Positions 6,384 to 15,171 of a stretch of DNA of 28,489 nucleotides are shown here, one piece after another. The DNA lies in the IMG/VR virus record IMGVR_UViG_3300016471_000580, positions 1 to 28,489 of that record. The stretch is one strand, 5' to 3'. Every line of letters begins with the position of its first letter. Within the stretch, counting starts at the first letter, position 1. The stretch comes from a virus. Its lineage: Duplodnaviria > Caudoviricetes. Position numbers and translations under genes: made by a program. The notes beneath the pieces were generated by a model, which saw nothing but the letters and a program-made list of their open reading frames with translations, did no database searches and was not told where the DNA came from.

Positions 6384-6823
6384 TACTCCGAAGGTGGAGG
6401 ATCGATCAGATCCTGTACCCAACCATTACCGGCACCGCCGTTGTACTGCGCCTCGTCCCAATGATAAAAGATCATTTGACCTTGTTCATTAGTTGTACCA
6501 TTATCCTGCGGTAATGCCTGCGGTGCACTCCAAAAACAGGTGGACTCGTCTAATACCCATGATGGGAATGGTGATGGTGCATAGAAAGCATCGCGACCCG
6601 CATCATAAACATAACCGATACCGGCATAGTTCTTTCGCAGTGCTTTGCTCTGATCTGCAGATGGCTCTCCGGTGTTAGGATCGTAATGAACCCCACCGCG
6701 GGTATTATAGCTTGTCTGCTTCCATGTAGATGGATCACCGACAGCACCAGTATTAATAAAATCTTGTTCGGCAACAATAACCTGAGTTACAACACCGTTT
6801 TCTACTTTAGCAAAATGTCCCAT
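6383..6823 (-). CDS. conserved phage protein of the M(A/G)HFA family, companion of Gly-rich fibre proteins
   Basis: MGHFAKVENGVVTQVIVA, WKQTSYNT, LRKNYAGIGY.YD..RDAF..P.PFPSW.LDE..C.W.AP and YHWDE motifs; AAGGAG SD. Confidence 0.75.
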   Translation of the reverse strand: MGHFAKVENGVVTQVIVAEQDFINTGAVGDPSTWKQTSYNTRGGVHYDPNTGEPSADQSKALRKNYAGIGYVYDAGRDAFYAPSPFPSWVLDESTCFWSAPQALPQDNGTTNEQGQMIFYHWDEAQYNGGAGNGWVQDLIDPPPSE

Positions 6824-6865
6824 TTACTGCTCCTTTTTTTAGTTAACAACTACAATTAGTTCCTA

Positions 6866-7051
6866 TTATTTATAACCAATGTTTGTTTCTATCTCATACC
6901 AACCAACGATATTGGAAGATCTAACATATATGAGTGTGGGTTCAGCATCATATATGATTTCATCATATTCTAAGGTGCTTTCAAAATTCTCCCTAGTTTC
7001 CGCAGTATTACTCGGATTAGAGAGTACGTAATCTGCTATTGTGGTCTGCAT
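6866..7051 (-). CDS. small acidic hypothetical protein
   Basis: ORF track; fills the gap within the late cassette. Confidence 0.6.
   Translation of the reverse strand: MQTTIADYVLSNPSNTAETRENFESTLEYDEIIYDAEPTLIYVRSSNIVGWYEIETNIGYK
6867..6874 (-). promoter_or_regulatory. T4-type late promoter
   Basis: TATAAATA followed by ATAGGAA, the same context as 13279-13286. Confidence 0.8.
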
Positions 7052-7060
7052 ATCTTAATC

Positions 7061-7414
7061 TCAAGCATAAGTTACTCCATTTATCTTCAGTGCAAATGCA
7101 CCAGTGTTTATGGTCACATATACGTTATAATTACCTGCTGTTTTTGCTGGCAATTCTGATCTTAATTCCGTAGTATTTACATACGTAACGGATGTTGCTA
7201 GGGTATAAACATTACCAGATTGGATATGTACCTGAGAATTCTGAGTAAATCCAACCCCCGTTATCTTTACATATCCTCCAGAAGTGCTTACCGTATTGTT
7301 TGCTAGGGGGGTATAACCGCTATCTGTCGATACTATACTATTAATCCTAACTGCTGAGGATATAGATTGGATAATACTCTGATCTAGATTCGCTTCAGTT
7401 AACTTTGTTGTCAT
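7061..7414 (-). CDS. stand-alone IPT/TIG-like domain protein (paralog of the N-terminus of 7417..10005)
   Basis: GGYVKITGVGF, ATSVT...TELR..LPAKTAG and INGVTY align with residues 1-116 of the adjacent large protein. Confidence 0.75.
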   Translation of the reverse strand: MTTKLTEANLDQSIIQSISSAVRINSIVSTDSGYTPLANNTVSTSGGYVKITGVGFTQNSQVHIQSGNVYTLATSVTYVNTTELRSELPAKTAGNYNVYVTINTGAFALKINGVTYA

Positions 7415-7416
7415 AA

Positions 7417-10005
7417 TTATCTGATTTTATGAGCAGAGGTGGGGGGCGTGAAGTTGGCGGTGTATCTTGCGATGCCCTTGGTGATGCGGAAGTCGTCAAT
7501 ATAACAGTTAGGATTAGAACCAGGAGAGTCACCAGTGGTACCTACCCAAAAATAACTACCCACACCGTCTAGTGCCACAGTAGATGCAAAAGGAGTTCCT
7601 TCACTGACTCCATTGACATACAGCTTAATCTGTCCGGAATTCCTCACCACAGCTAGATGTGTCCAAAGACCCAATCTAGAATTTACAGTAGTTGTTGATG
7701 CTAATGCTGGAAATCCCCCGTTATGAGCGATATAAAAATTGTTAGTAGAGGCACTGGCATGACCTGCAAAGAGGCTGAGAGAACCTGCACTGAATCCACT
7801 GTAATTGCTCCACACCGCACAAATACCTGCGACATTGGTTATGAGATAAATCCAGCATTCTATAGTAAAATTACCTGTGCCAAATCGTAAATTTTCTGTC
7901 AAAGGAACTCTAGTATAGTGGCTGCCAGCGCCCGGAGTTAAGAGTATTGACCCTGTGCCAAACTTCTTCACACTGGTGCTGATCTGTGCGTTACCTACTG
8001 TCTCCACGACATTCTTAGCAGTGTTGTCGAATATGCCGCCATTGGTGAAGTTGCACAAAAGGCTAGTGCCAGAGATAGCAATGAGCGGTGCGGTGGGGAC
8101 TGTGATGGTCGTTCCGCTATAAATGGCAGAAGTAAGTAGACGAGCACTTGAAACATACCCCGCAAGGTTTTCACCTGCCGACCCAATGGCGCCGATTCTT
8201 AATCTGTTGTTTGAAAAGTTTGTAGTGTTCGCTACGGTGCTGCCAATTCTAGTGCCATTCACATAAAAACTAATTACTCCGCTTGCCCTAGATGCGGCAA
8301 CATGAATCCAAGTATTTGCGGATGCGGAAGCAGCAGTTCCAATAAGCGAGGTTCCGTCTGCCATTGAAATCTGTCCGGTGCTTCTGCCAAGCAAAGCAAA
8401 CCCACTTGTATTTGAGTTGCCTCTGGTGTCCAAAATTCCTTGGTTTGACCCCAAAGAGTTAAAATAGACCCAACACTCTAAAGTAAAATCCCCAGTTCCA
8501 ATTGCACCAGGAGCAGAATCAAGGTAATCCCCACTCCCATCGAAATACCCAGACCCACCCACAGTCGCTGCTGAGTACGCAGCAGCGGGTGCAAATGGCG
8601 AGAAGGCTTGGACACTTGCGTTGCCGTTTACTGTGATCGCAAAGGCATTGCTGGAGTTATCAACAAAGCGATTGGATTGGCAGGTAAGAAGACTTGTGTT
8701 GGCGATGGCGGTTAGGGGGGAGGTACTAGGGGTAAATGCCGCAGTATAAACTGGCGATCCAATCACCATCCTAAGATTACTAATGTACCCCGGGAAGGTA
8801 TTTGCGCCTTGGTTTTGTCCCTGACCAATTCTCCAAGAATTAGCAGACATATAAACAGAACCAGATGCGGTGGTGGAATTTATCAAAACACCATTTTCAA
8901 ATCCTCGGAATGTGTTTCCATCACGAGTTAAAGCCCTGTGAATCCATTGGTTTGCGGTTGCGGTTCCAATATCAAAAGCATTAAGAATACCCCACGATAA
9001 GCCATCGCCGCTTAAATAACAGATAACATCGGAGACAGAAGGCCAAGCAATGATTGGATCGTAAGCTGAAACATAACTTGTATTACCACCCATGACTGCT
9101 TCAGAGTCTGCGATTGATGTTCTATATTCCCACCACTCTATGCAGAAATCAGATCCACCAAGAGCGAGGTTTGCAGAAACAGGCGTTGTTAAATAGTCTG
9201 AGGCACCATCAAAATAATTACTCCACCCAGTCTGGCTGAACGGTGAGAATGTTCCCTGTGTCGTATTGCCGTTACGGGTGATGGTGAAGTTATTAGTAGA
9301 TGAGTCTAGGAATGTGTTGTTCTGCGCAGCATTGGCACCGTCGCCGGTGAGCAATAAGGTCGTGTAGTTGAAGTATTCATCCCCGACAGTTATTGTTATA
9401 CTGAATGATCTTGGGCTTTCTTGATTCTCAGCATCAATGGCTTCAACTGTGAAGTTATATAATGTTTCTTGTGTAATGCCGGTAACAGTTCCTGTGAGCA
9501 ATCCATTCGCAGCTAATGTTAGTCCTGTCGGTAAAGTACTACCTGACTGTAACTGATATGACACATTTGAATCAGAATTGGCACTTAATTGAATACTAAT
9601 CGCTTCATCTATCACCCCGTTGGTCAATGTGCTACCGGTCACCCATGTTGGTGTACCGGAATAGGTAACACCGTTAACCCGTATAGCAGTAGCACCAGTA
9701 TCAGTATTTGTTAAGTATACTACCTTCGATCCTGCAGTCAATGCGGGTATCTGTGCCCTTATCTCGGTTGCAGATATTCTCGTGACTGATGTTGCTGCTG
9801 TACCATCTATGAGTAGATTAACATTAGATTCAAATCCTGTACCATTAACTATGATATATCCACCGCCAAGTGATACTGCAGTATCATCTATTAATGTATA
9901 TGAAACATTTGCTATCTTAACATTAGATATCTTCGGACCACCTCCCGCTTCAATCGTTGTTACGAGTGTTGGTGCTAGATTATCTACCGTTATCTTTGTT
10001 GTCAT
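7417..10005 (-). CDS. putative fibre/adhesin: IPT/TIG, Ig-like (He_PIG-type) and three LamG/ConA-like domains
   Basis: LPTGLTL..NG.LTGT Ig motif; three repeats of DF(C/T)(I/L)E(W/C)W ... W.H.A..R ... (F/L)..NG ... IG typical of LamG-like domains. Confidence 0.8.
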   Translation of the reverse strand: MTTKITVDNLAPTLVTTIEAGGGPKISNVKIANVSYTLIDDTAVSLGGGYIIVNGTGFESNVNLLIDGTAATSVTRISATEIRAQIPALTAGSKVVYLTNTDTGATAIRVNGVTYSGTPTWVTGSTLTNGVIDEAISIQLSANSDSNVSYQLQSGSTLPTGLTLAANGLLTGTVTGITQETLYNFTVEAIDAENQESPRSFSITITVGDEYFNYTTLLLTGDGANAAQNNTFLDSSTNNFTITRNGNTTQGTFSPFSQTGWSNYFDGASDYLTTPVSANLALGGSDFCIEWWEYRTSIADSEAVMGGNTSYVSAYDPIIAWPSVSDVICYLSGDGLSWGILNAFDIGTATANQWIHRALTRDGNTFRGFENGVLINSTTASGSVYMSANSWRIGQGQNQGANTFPGYISNLRMVIGSPVYTAAFTPSTSPLTAIANTSLLTCQSNRFVDNSSNAFAITVNGNASVQAFSPFAPAAAYSAATVGGSGYFDGSGDYLDSAPGAIGTGDFTLECWVYFNSLGSNQGILDTRGNSNTSGFALLGRSTGQISMADGTSLIGTAASASANTWIHVAASRASGVISFYVNGTRIGSTVANTTNFSNNRLRIGAIGSAGENLAGYVSSARLLTSAIYSGTTITVPTAPLIAISGTSLLCNFTNGGIFDNTAKNVVETVGNAQISTSVKKFGTGSILLTPGAGSHYTRVPLTENLRFGTGNFTIECWIYLITNVAGICAVWSNYSGFSAGSLSLFAGHASASTNNFYIAHNGGFPALASTTTVNSRLGLWTHLAVVRNSGQIKLYVNGVSEGTPFASTVALDGVGSYFWVGTTGDSPGSNPNCYIDDFRITKGIARYTANFTPPTSAHKIR

Positions 10006-12662
10006 TATTGATACCTATATCTGACTATGACTATACCTGAACCGCCAGTACCACCCGCGGCAGGCGTTGGACCTCCGGGTGAGGTTTGATTTGAAGAACC
10101 ACCGCCTCCGCCTCCAGTATTTACTGTACCATTAGATCCAGATGCTCCTGATATCGCACCATTACCTCCGCCACCAGTGCCACCGCTACCTGCAGAATAT
10201 CCGAAGTTATTATCCGCACCACCTCCCCCACCGCCAGCGTAAGTAATACTTGATCCTGTTATTATTGATGCTACACCCGGCCCACCATTTCCTGCTTTGG
10301 CCGGGGACGGACTAGCATTTTGTCCTGCTCCTCCTGCACCACCTCCACCGCCAGCTGCACGTACTGTACCATTCTCTAAGCCTCCTGGATAACCTTGTCC
10401 TGGTATTCCTGAACCCGCACCTGTCGGAGCATTATCTAATGCCGAGCCTCCACCGGAACCACCAGAACCTGCAGCAATAGCAGGATATCCTCCGCCGCGA
10501 CCTCCGCCTACGGATACAAAGGATGCAATGGAACTATTTGTACCGTTAGTTTGATTACCCCCGCCCGCCCCAACTAATACCGTATAATTTTGTGAAGATA
10601 TTGAAAAAGATCCTGAAATTAATCCGCCAGCACCACCCCCGCCTTGTCCAGTCGCTCCTAACCCATCACCACCACCACCGCCGCCGGCAACTACGAGATA
10701 TTCGACGTTTGAATCTAAAATACCTGTCTGAAGGACTGTTAGATTACTCGAAGTCGTAAATGTGTGTATCTTGTAATCACCATTCGTCGTTACAGTACCA
10801 CCTTCTAGAATCGGATAATCGGAAACATATGGATATGCTACAATTACTATACCCGAACCACCTTGTTGCCCAGGGCCGCCTGAACCGGCACCACCTCCAG
10901 TATTAACTGCTCCGGGATTGCCTGCTGGGCTTCCTGCAGCTACGGCATCTCCGCCTCCACCTAAACCGCCTGCGCCAAAATTGGATGCTCGTGTACCGCC
11001 GCCACCTCCAGCAAACCAACCGGATTCACCTAAACTTGTACCAAATAATGAAGAGAAATTATATCCATTACCACCATATCCACCGACACTATTGCTTCCC
11101 GGTTGACCTGCTTGGCCGGCGCCGCCGCCTCCACCGGAACCATAGGTGGAAGTATATCTTCCACCACCATTGTTACCGCCAGCATTTCCTTGTCCTGTGA
11201 CGCCTGCGCCGCCAGCGGGTGCGGATACGTAGAAAGTATCCGCATTACCGGATCCTCCGCCCGACCCACCATCTTTATATGCTGTTCCCCTAGCTGCCCC
11301 ATACCCACCGTCTCCCAACCCTCCCGTACCGCCACCTATCGCTATACTTCCAAATGCAGAACTATTTGAACCACCTAGATATGCAGGATATGCAGGATTT
11401 GCTGCTCCGCCTGCACCCACTACTATTGTATATGTCCCAACATTTGCTGCAAGTTTAGATCCATTCGGAGTCTTACCATTAGATATATTTTCTCCATAGT
11501 ATAATAATCCACCTGCTCCGCCGCCGCCTGCTCCCCAGTCGCTATTCGATCCGCCGTTACCTCCGCCACCGCCCACTATTAGATAATTCAGATTACTGCC
11601 AGGGATAGGTAATGATTGTATTGATAAATTGCCTGAAGTAGTAAAGGTATGAATCTTGGTATTACTTGTATAACTTACATTACCGCCGGTAGCAATAATA
11701 TATTCTGGGTAATAAGGATATCGAACGATTACTATGCCTGAGCCACCCGATCCTGCGACAGCACTAGGTGCTGCAAACAAAGATCCTCCTCCTCCTCCTC
11801 CAGTATTGACGATTCCTCCCGTACCAGAAGTATTAGGTGTGCCAGTACCACCATCGCCGCCTCCTCCTGCTCCTCCTAGCGGACGAGGTTTAGTTGGTCC
11901 TACTACATCCAAACAGCCTGCTCCACCGCCGGCATATGTTAAAGATGTGCCGGTAATTGTCGAAACAGTTCCAGTACCTCCGTAACCAGGTGTACCCGGG
12001 GGTGTTCCTTCACCTGAAATTCCTGCTGAGGAAGAGCCTCCTCCACCCCCACCTCCATTATTTTGAACATTATTTGTTCCTCCGCCCGACCCCCCGTTAT
12101 TACCTTGACTAGGAGAAGTCGGAGGAATATTTCCAGAACCTCCAGGGTATGTTCCATCGAATCCTCCCCCCCCGCCTCCCGAACCGCCCGGAGTACCCGG
12201 GGTAGTATTGTACCCTCCTCCGCCTCCCCCGGAAGAAATCATTGTAAATGCGCTAGAATTTGAACCAGAAATTCCTATTGAATTGGTACCCGCAGCTCCA
12301 CCTGCACCAACAGTAATTAAATAACTATTAACTGAAAGTTCTAAATTACCTGTTCTAAATCCACCTGCTCCGCCACCGCCACCGTAATAATTCCCTCCTC
12401 CGCCACCCCCACCTACTATTAGGTAATCTAAGTTATTTTGTCCTGCTACGCCCAGTGAGGAAATAACTAAATTGGCAGAGGTATTAAAGGTATGAATTTT
12501 GTAACCCGGAGCATATGATACGTTGCCTCCGGAGGCAGCAATATACCGATTTAATAGGGGAATTTGCCTGGTAATATTTAAATTTTTACCGGCACTTGCT
12601 AATCTAGTTTTTATGCTGCCCTTGACCGAAGTTGATTCAAGGGAAAATACTTTGATTCCCAT
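10005..12662 (-). CDS. glycine-rich putative virion fibre/adhesin with three tandem Gly-rich domains
   Basis: Three units, each GG.V....KIHTF.TS.NL ... YL(I/V)V(G/A)GGGG ... VNTGGG.G ... GGSGIVIV.Y (about 12545-11712, 11703-10826 and 10817-10008). Confidence 0.8.
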   Translation of the reverse strand: MGIKVFSLESTSVKGSIKTRLASAGKNLNITRQIPLLNRYIAASGGNVSYAPGYKIHTFNTSANLVISSLGVAGQNNLDYLIVGGGGGGGNYYGGGGGAGGFRTGNLELSVNSYLITVGAGGAAGTNSIGISGSNSSAFTMISSGGGGGGYNTTPGTPGGSGGGGGGFDGTYPGGSGNIPPTSPSQGNNGGSGGGTNNVQNNGGGGGGGSSSAGISGEGTPPGTPGYGGTGTVSTITGTSLTYAGGGAGCLDVVGPTKPRPLGGAGGGGDGGTGTPNTSGTGGIVNTGGGGGGSLFAAPSAVAGSGGSGIVIVRYPYYPEYIIATGGNVSYTSNTKIHTFTTSGNLSIQSLPIPGSNLNYLIVGGGGGNGGSNSDWGAGGGGAGGLLYYGENISNGKTPNGSKLAANVGTYTIVVGAGGAANPAYPAYLGGSNSSAFGSIAIGGGTGGLGDGGYGAARGTAYKDGGSGGGSGNADTFYVSAPAGGAGVTGQGNAGGNNGGGRYTSTYGSGGGGGAGQAGQPGSNSVGGYGGNGYNFSSLFGTSLGESGWFAGGGGGTRASNFGAGGLGGGGDAVAAGSPAGNPGAVNTGGGAGSGGPGQQGGSGIVIVAYPYVSDYPILEGGTVTTNGDYKIHTFTTSSNLTVLQTGILDSNVEYLVVAGGGGGGDGLGATGQGGGGAGGLISGSFSISSQNYTVLVGAGGGNQTNGTNSSIASFVSVGGGRGGGYPAIAAGSGGSGGGSALDNAPTGAGSGIPGQGYPGGLENGTVRAAGGGGGAGGAGQNASPSPAKAGNGGPGVASIITGSSITYAGGGGGGADNNFGYSAGSGGTGGGGNGAISGASGSNGTVNTGGGGGGSSNQTSPGGPTPAAGGTGGSGIVIVRYRYQ

Positions 12663-12994
12663 TAGGCTATCTCAGATCCAAACAGTGTATATGAAAGATT
12701 AGAATTATCTGTCGAATAAACTGATACCACATCTGCATTTGCTAGTGTGATACCTAAGGTTAAACTTATAGTATCGAACGATGGCGTTGGTAGATCATAA
12801 ACTATATAATGTTTATTTAATAATGCTGCATTTGCTGTCCTCACTGCTACCCGCGAACCTACTGTAGTATTTCCCCGATTGCAGATAACCAAAGAAGATA
12901 CAACTGCTTGTGTCGAATTTGGGGTTACGTACAGATCAGTAAAAACATCCCGTCCCGGGGAGGATTGACCTAAAACTTTATATGTTGTTGCCAT
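12662..12994 (-). CDS. conserved small beta-rich phage protein (MATTYKVLGQ...FGSEI family)
   Basis: YKVLGQ, LY.TP..TQAVVSSLVICN, YIVYD, LTLGITL and FGSEI motifs; TAATG coupling to the Gly-rich gene. Confidence 0.75.
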   Translation of the reverse strand: MATTYKVLGQSSPGRDVFTDLYVTPNSTQAVVSSLVICNRGNTTVGSRVAVRTANAALLNKHYIVYDLPTPSFDTISLTLGITLANADVVSVYSTDNSNLSYTLFGSEIA

Positions 12995-12995
12995 T

Positions 12996-13256
12996 TTACA
13001 TTCCTGCTAAGAGAAAAGGATTGAATCCTGCATCGCCACCCGCGGCTGCGATCTGTGTTACTACATTGGGTTCTAATTTGTCCAATGTAATAGTATTAGC
13101 TGCTATCTTATTACCAGTTATCGCGGCATTAGCTATTTTTTCTGTGGTTACTGCATTGGCGGCTAATAGTGAAGTAGTAATACTTCCAACAGTGATGGTA
13201 TTGGTTATGATAGCATTCGCGGCAATACCTGTTGATTTTATCTTTGTTAGGGCCAT
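12996..13256 (-). CDS. small repeat-stalk protein with C-terminal FNPFLL motif
   Basis: Five 10-aa repeats (IAANAIITNT, ITVGSITTSL, LAANAVTTEK, IANAAITGNK, IAANTITLDK); first gene after a late promoter. Confidence 0.75.
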   Translation of the reverse strand: MALTKIKSTGIAANAIITNTITVGSITTSLLAANAVTTEKIANAAITGNKIAANTITLDKLEPNVVTQIAAAGGDAGFNPFLLAGM

Positions 13257-13278
13257 TATAGTATCCTTGGATTCCTAT

Positions 13279-13286
13279 TATTTATA
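13279..13286 (-). promoter_or_regulatory. T4-type late promoter
   Basis: TATAAATA, 22 nt upstream of ATG 13256, with AAGGA SD in between. Confidence 0.85.
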
Positions 13287-14042
13287 TCATCCTAAATCTT
13301 TGTTGCTGAAGCTGAATACCGCAGATTTATCTAATTCTATGGAATCTTTCATAATTTTAACTAAACCTGCTCGTTTTCGTATATTCATCTGCATATTTGC
13401 CGCTATCACAAGCAGAATAGCGAGCGGATCGAACACTAACATGATGGTTATAATTATCAATCTGACTGCCTTATCTATCGTTTCCAGATCACCTTTGCCA
13501 TAGATCAGTTCAGCGATATATCGTATCGGGCCTATCTCGGTACCGAGTGCATTCTTTTCGCCTTTTATTTTCCCGATCTCGGTGGTTAATTCATATATCT
13601 TTGTCTGTGTCTGATTTATCTGTTTCTCTATTCTAGTATTCGGATCTGTCCTCTGTTTCTGCTGAGCTAATAGATTATCTAACCTCTGCCTCTCAATGTC
13701 GAGTAATTCCTGTTTGGTTTTCAATACTGTCTCGCTCGCAAAGATATTTGCGGAATCTGAGATATAAGATTTGGATAGATAACCGAATATACCGAGGGAT
13801 GTGATCAGAGAGAGTACAACTACACTCACAATAAAATAGGTTCGCATCGCATTATTGATCTCATGCCAACTCCTATAAACAAATGATGCGGTAACTAACT
13901 TACCTAATTCTAGAGCACCTCCCATGATTGCGATGGGCAAGGGTGCCGCGGAGAAGATGAGTGTGAGGCCTACTATCGAGAAATATGCTGCGATTAAGGA
14001 TATCAGTAATGCTGTGAAGAACAGTAATATTACGAATATCAT
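13287..14042 (-). CDS. conserved phage membrane protein (TM segments plus coiled coil)
   Basis: Hydrophobic N-terminus, LELGKLV, ITSLGIFGYLSK, coiled coil, EIGPIRYIAEL and VFDPLAILL. Confidence 0.75.
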   Translation of the reverse strand: MIFVILLFFTALLISLIAAYFSIVGLTLIFSAAPLPIAIMGGALELGKLVTASFVYRSWHEINNAMRTYFIVSVVVLSLITSLGIFGYLSKSYISDSANIFASETVLKTKQELLDIERQRLDNLLAQQKQRTDPNTRIEKQINQTQTKIYELTTEIGKIKGEKNALGTEIGPIRYIAELIYGKGDLETIDKAVRLIIITIMLVFDPLAILLVIAANMQMNIRKRAGLVKIMKDSIELDKSAVFSFSNKDLG

Positions 14043-14743
14043 ACCACTTCAAATCTAATTGCCGATAGTAATATATTTGATTCAAATTTTAGATAAGAAG
14101 ATGTATTACCACCTAACTGCGACGGTATGCCCCGAACCGGACCCGTAGGCCAAGGGGCAGAATATACTTCGGGTATCGCAGTAACGATTGCATTACCAAG
14201 ATATACTGCAGTATAGTTGTTAGCAGTTCGTCTGTAGTTTTTGTAGAATGGTCCCCCGGTGAATCCCAAAAGGAAATATCTATTTGCTGGGACAGTGAAC
14301 TGTTGCTGTACATTACCTTGATATAAGGTATTTGCGGTATATTGGAATGATCTAAACGTACTGATTATAGTTTCAACGTTTGAATTGAAATTACCCTTAG
14401 TATTATTCGAGGAAGATGCGACTCCATTGAGTCCTATCGTGTTAGTTCCCCCCTGCCTTGTTATAGTAGAAAATCTAAATCCCGGATTGCCCGACCCTAC
14501 CGGTAATCTTATAGATCTATGGGCGTAGAATAATTGCCATACCATATTATTCGTATCGGATCTATAATCTTGAGCAGTAACATTTGATTGCCCTTCAGCA
14601 ATGTATAGAAATGTATTAGATGTCCAATCTACAGTGGTGCCTAAACTTAAGGTTGGATCACCGCTCACTGGACCCGGGGGGTACTGAAGAGTGGGCGGTA
14701 CTATCTGATAACCACCTGTCATATTTACGCCACTTATCTGCAT
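14039..14743 (-). CDS. Asn/Thr/Gly-rich putative virion protein
   Basis: ORF track; low-charge, beta-rich composition; MQISGVNMTGG N-terminus. The function is inference. Confidence 0.6.
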   Translation of the reverse strand: MQISGVNMTGGYQIVPPTLQYPPGPVSGDPTLSLGTTVDWTSNTFLYIAEGQSNVTAQDYRSDTNNMVWQLFYAHRSIRLPVGSGNPGFRFSTITRQGGTNTIGLNGVASSSNNTKGNFNSNVETIISTFRSFQYTANTLYQGNVQQQFTVPANRYFLLGFTGGPFYKNYRRTANNYTAVYLGNAIVTAIPEVYSAPWPTGPVRGIPSQLGGNTSSYLKFESNILLSAIRFEVV

Positions 14744-15142
14744 CTATTTCTCCAGTTTTACGTGTGTCTTGTGTATTCTGCACTGTATAGTGCCGTTGTA
14801 ATAATCTTCAGATTCTAGTACTCGGCGATCCATCTGTTCCCTTGCTTCTAAGTAATTACAGGAACCCTTATTTGTACATATATGAAGTATCTCTCTCACG
14901 AAATTATCCTCACCGAGTTCTGATACATCTCTCTTAACCTCTTCAGATGAAGACCAGTATTGTTTCCAATCTGATTCTTCTTTTAATCTCTTCTTCTTAC
15001 CCTTGATCGTCTTTGTTTTTCTGAACCAAAATAGTTTCTTACCTATGTATTTCCTACCCGTCACTTTATTCGTGATCAGGTATACGAAGCCATATGCATT
15101 TTCTGGTATTTCTTCAAGGGGAGTTTCTTTATGTATCCACAT
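14744..15142 (-). CDS. GIY-YIG endonuclease (T4-like phage conserved type)
   Basis: YGFVYLITN...RKYIGKK, Y.SSS, FVREIL, conserved Glu in NYLEAREQ and YYN. Confidence 0.8.
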   Translation of the reverse strand: MWIHKETPLEEIPENAYGFVYLITNKVTGRKYIGKKLFWFRKTKTIKGKKKRLKEESDWKQYWSSSEEVKRDVSELGEDNFVREILHICTNKGSCNYLEAREQMDRRVLESEDYYNGTIQCRIHKTHVKLEK

Positions 15143-15163
15143 ACCGCACCGATTCTAAATAAG

Positions 15164-15171
15164 TATTTATT
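15164..15171 (-). promoter_or_regulatory. late-promoter variant
   Basis: AATAAATA (one mismatch to TATAAATA) in the gap before 15142. Confidence 0.45.

Noticed and set aside
6839-6861. TAGTT/AACTA/TAGTT alternating short inverted repeats in a late leader
   Set aside because: The 5-bp AT-rich arms are expected by chance and too unstable to call.
10918-11985. Pro-rich plus-strand ORFs (10918..11106, 11734..11985)
   Set aside because: These are the reverse complement of Gly codon runs (GGN read as NCC/CCN).
7417-12662. Diversity-generating retroelement acting on the adhesin genes
   Set aside because: No reverse transcriptase and no near-identical template/variable repeat pair with adenine-specific mismatches was seen; the internal repeats are old protein-level duplications.
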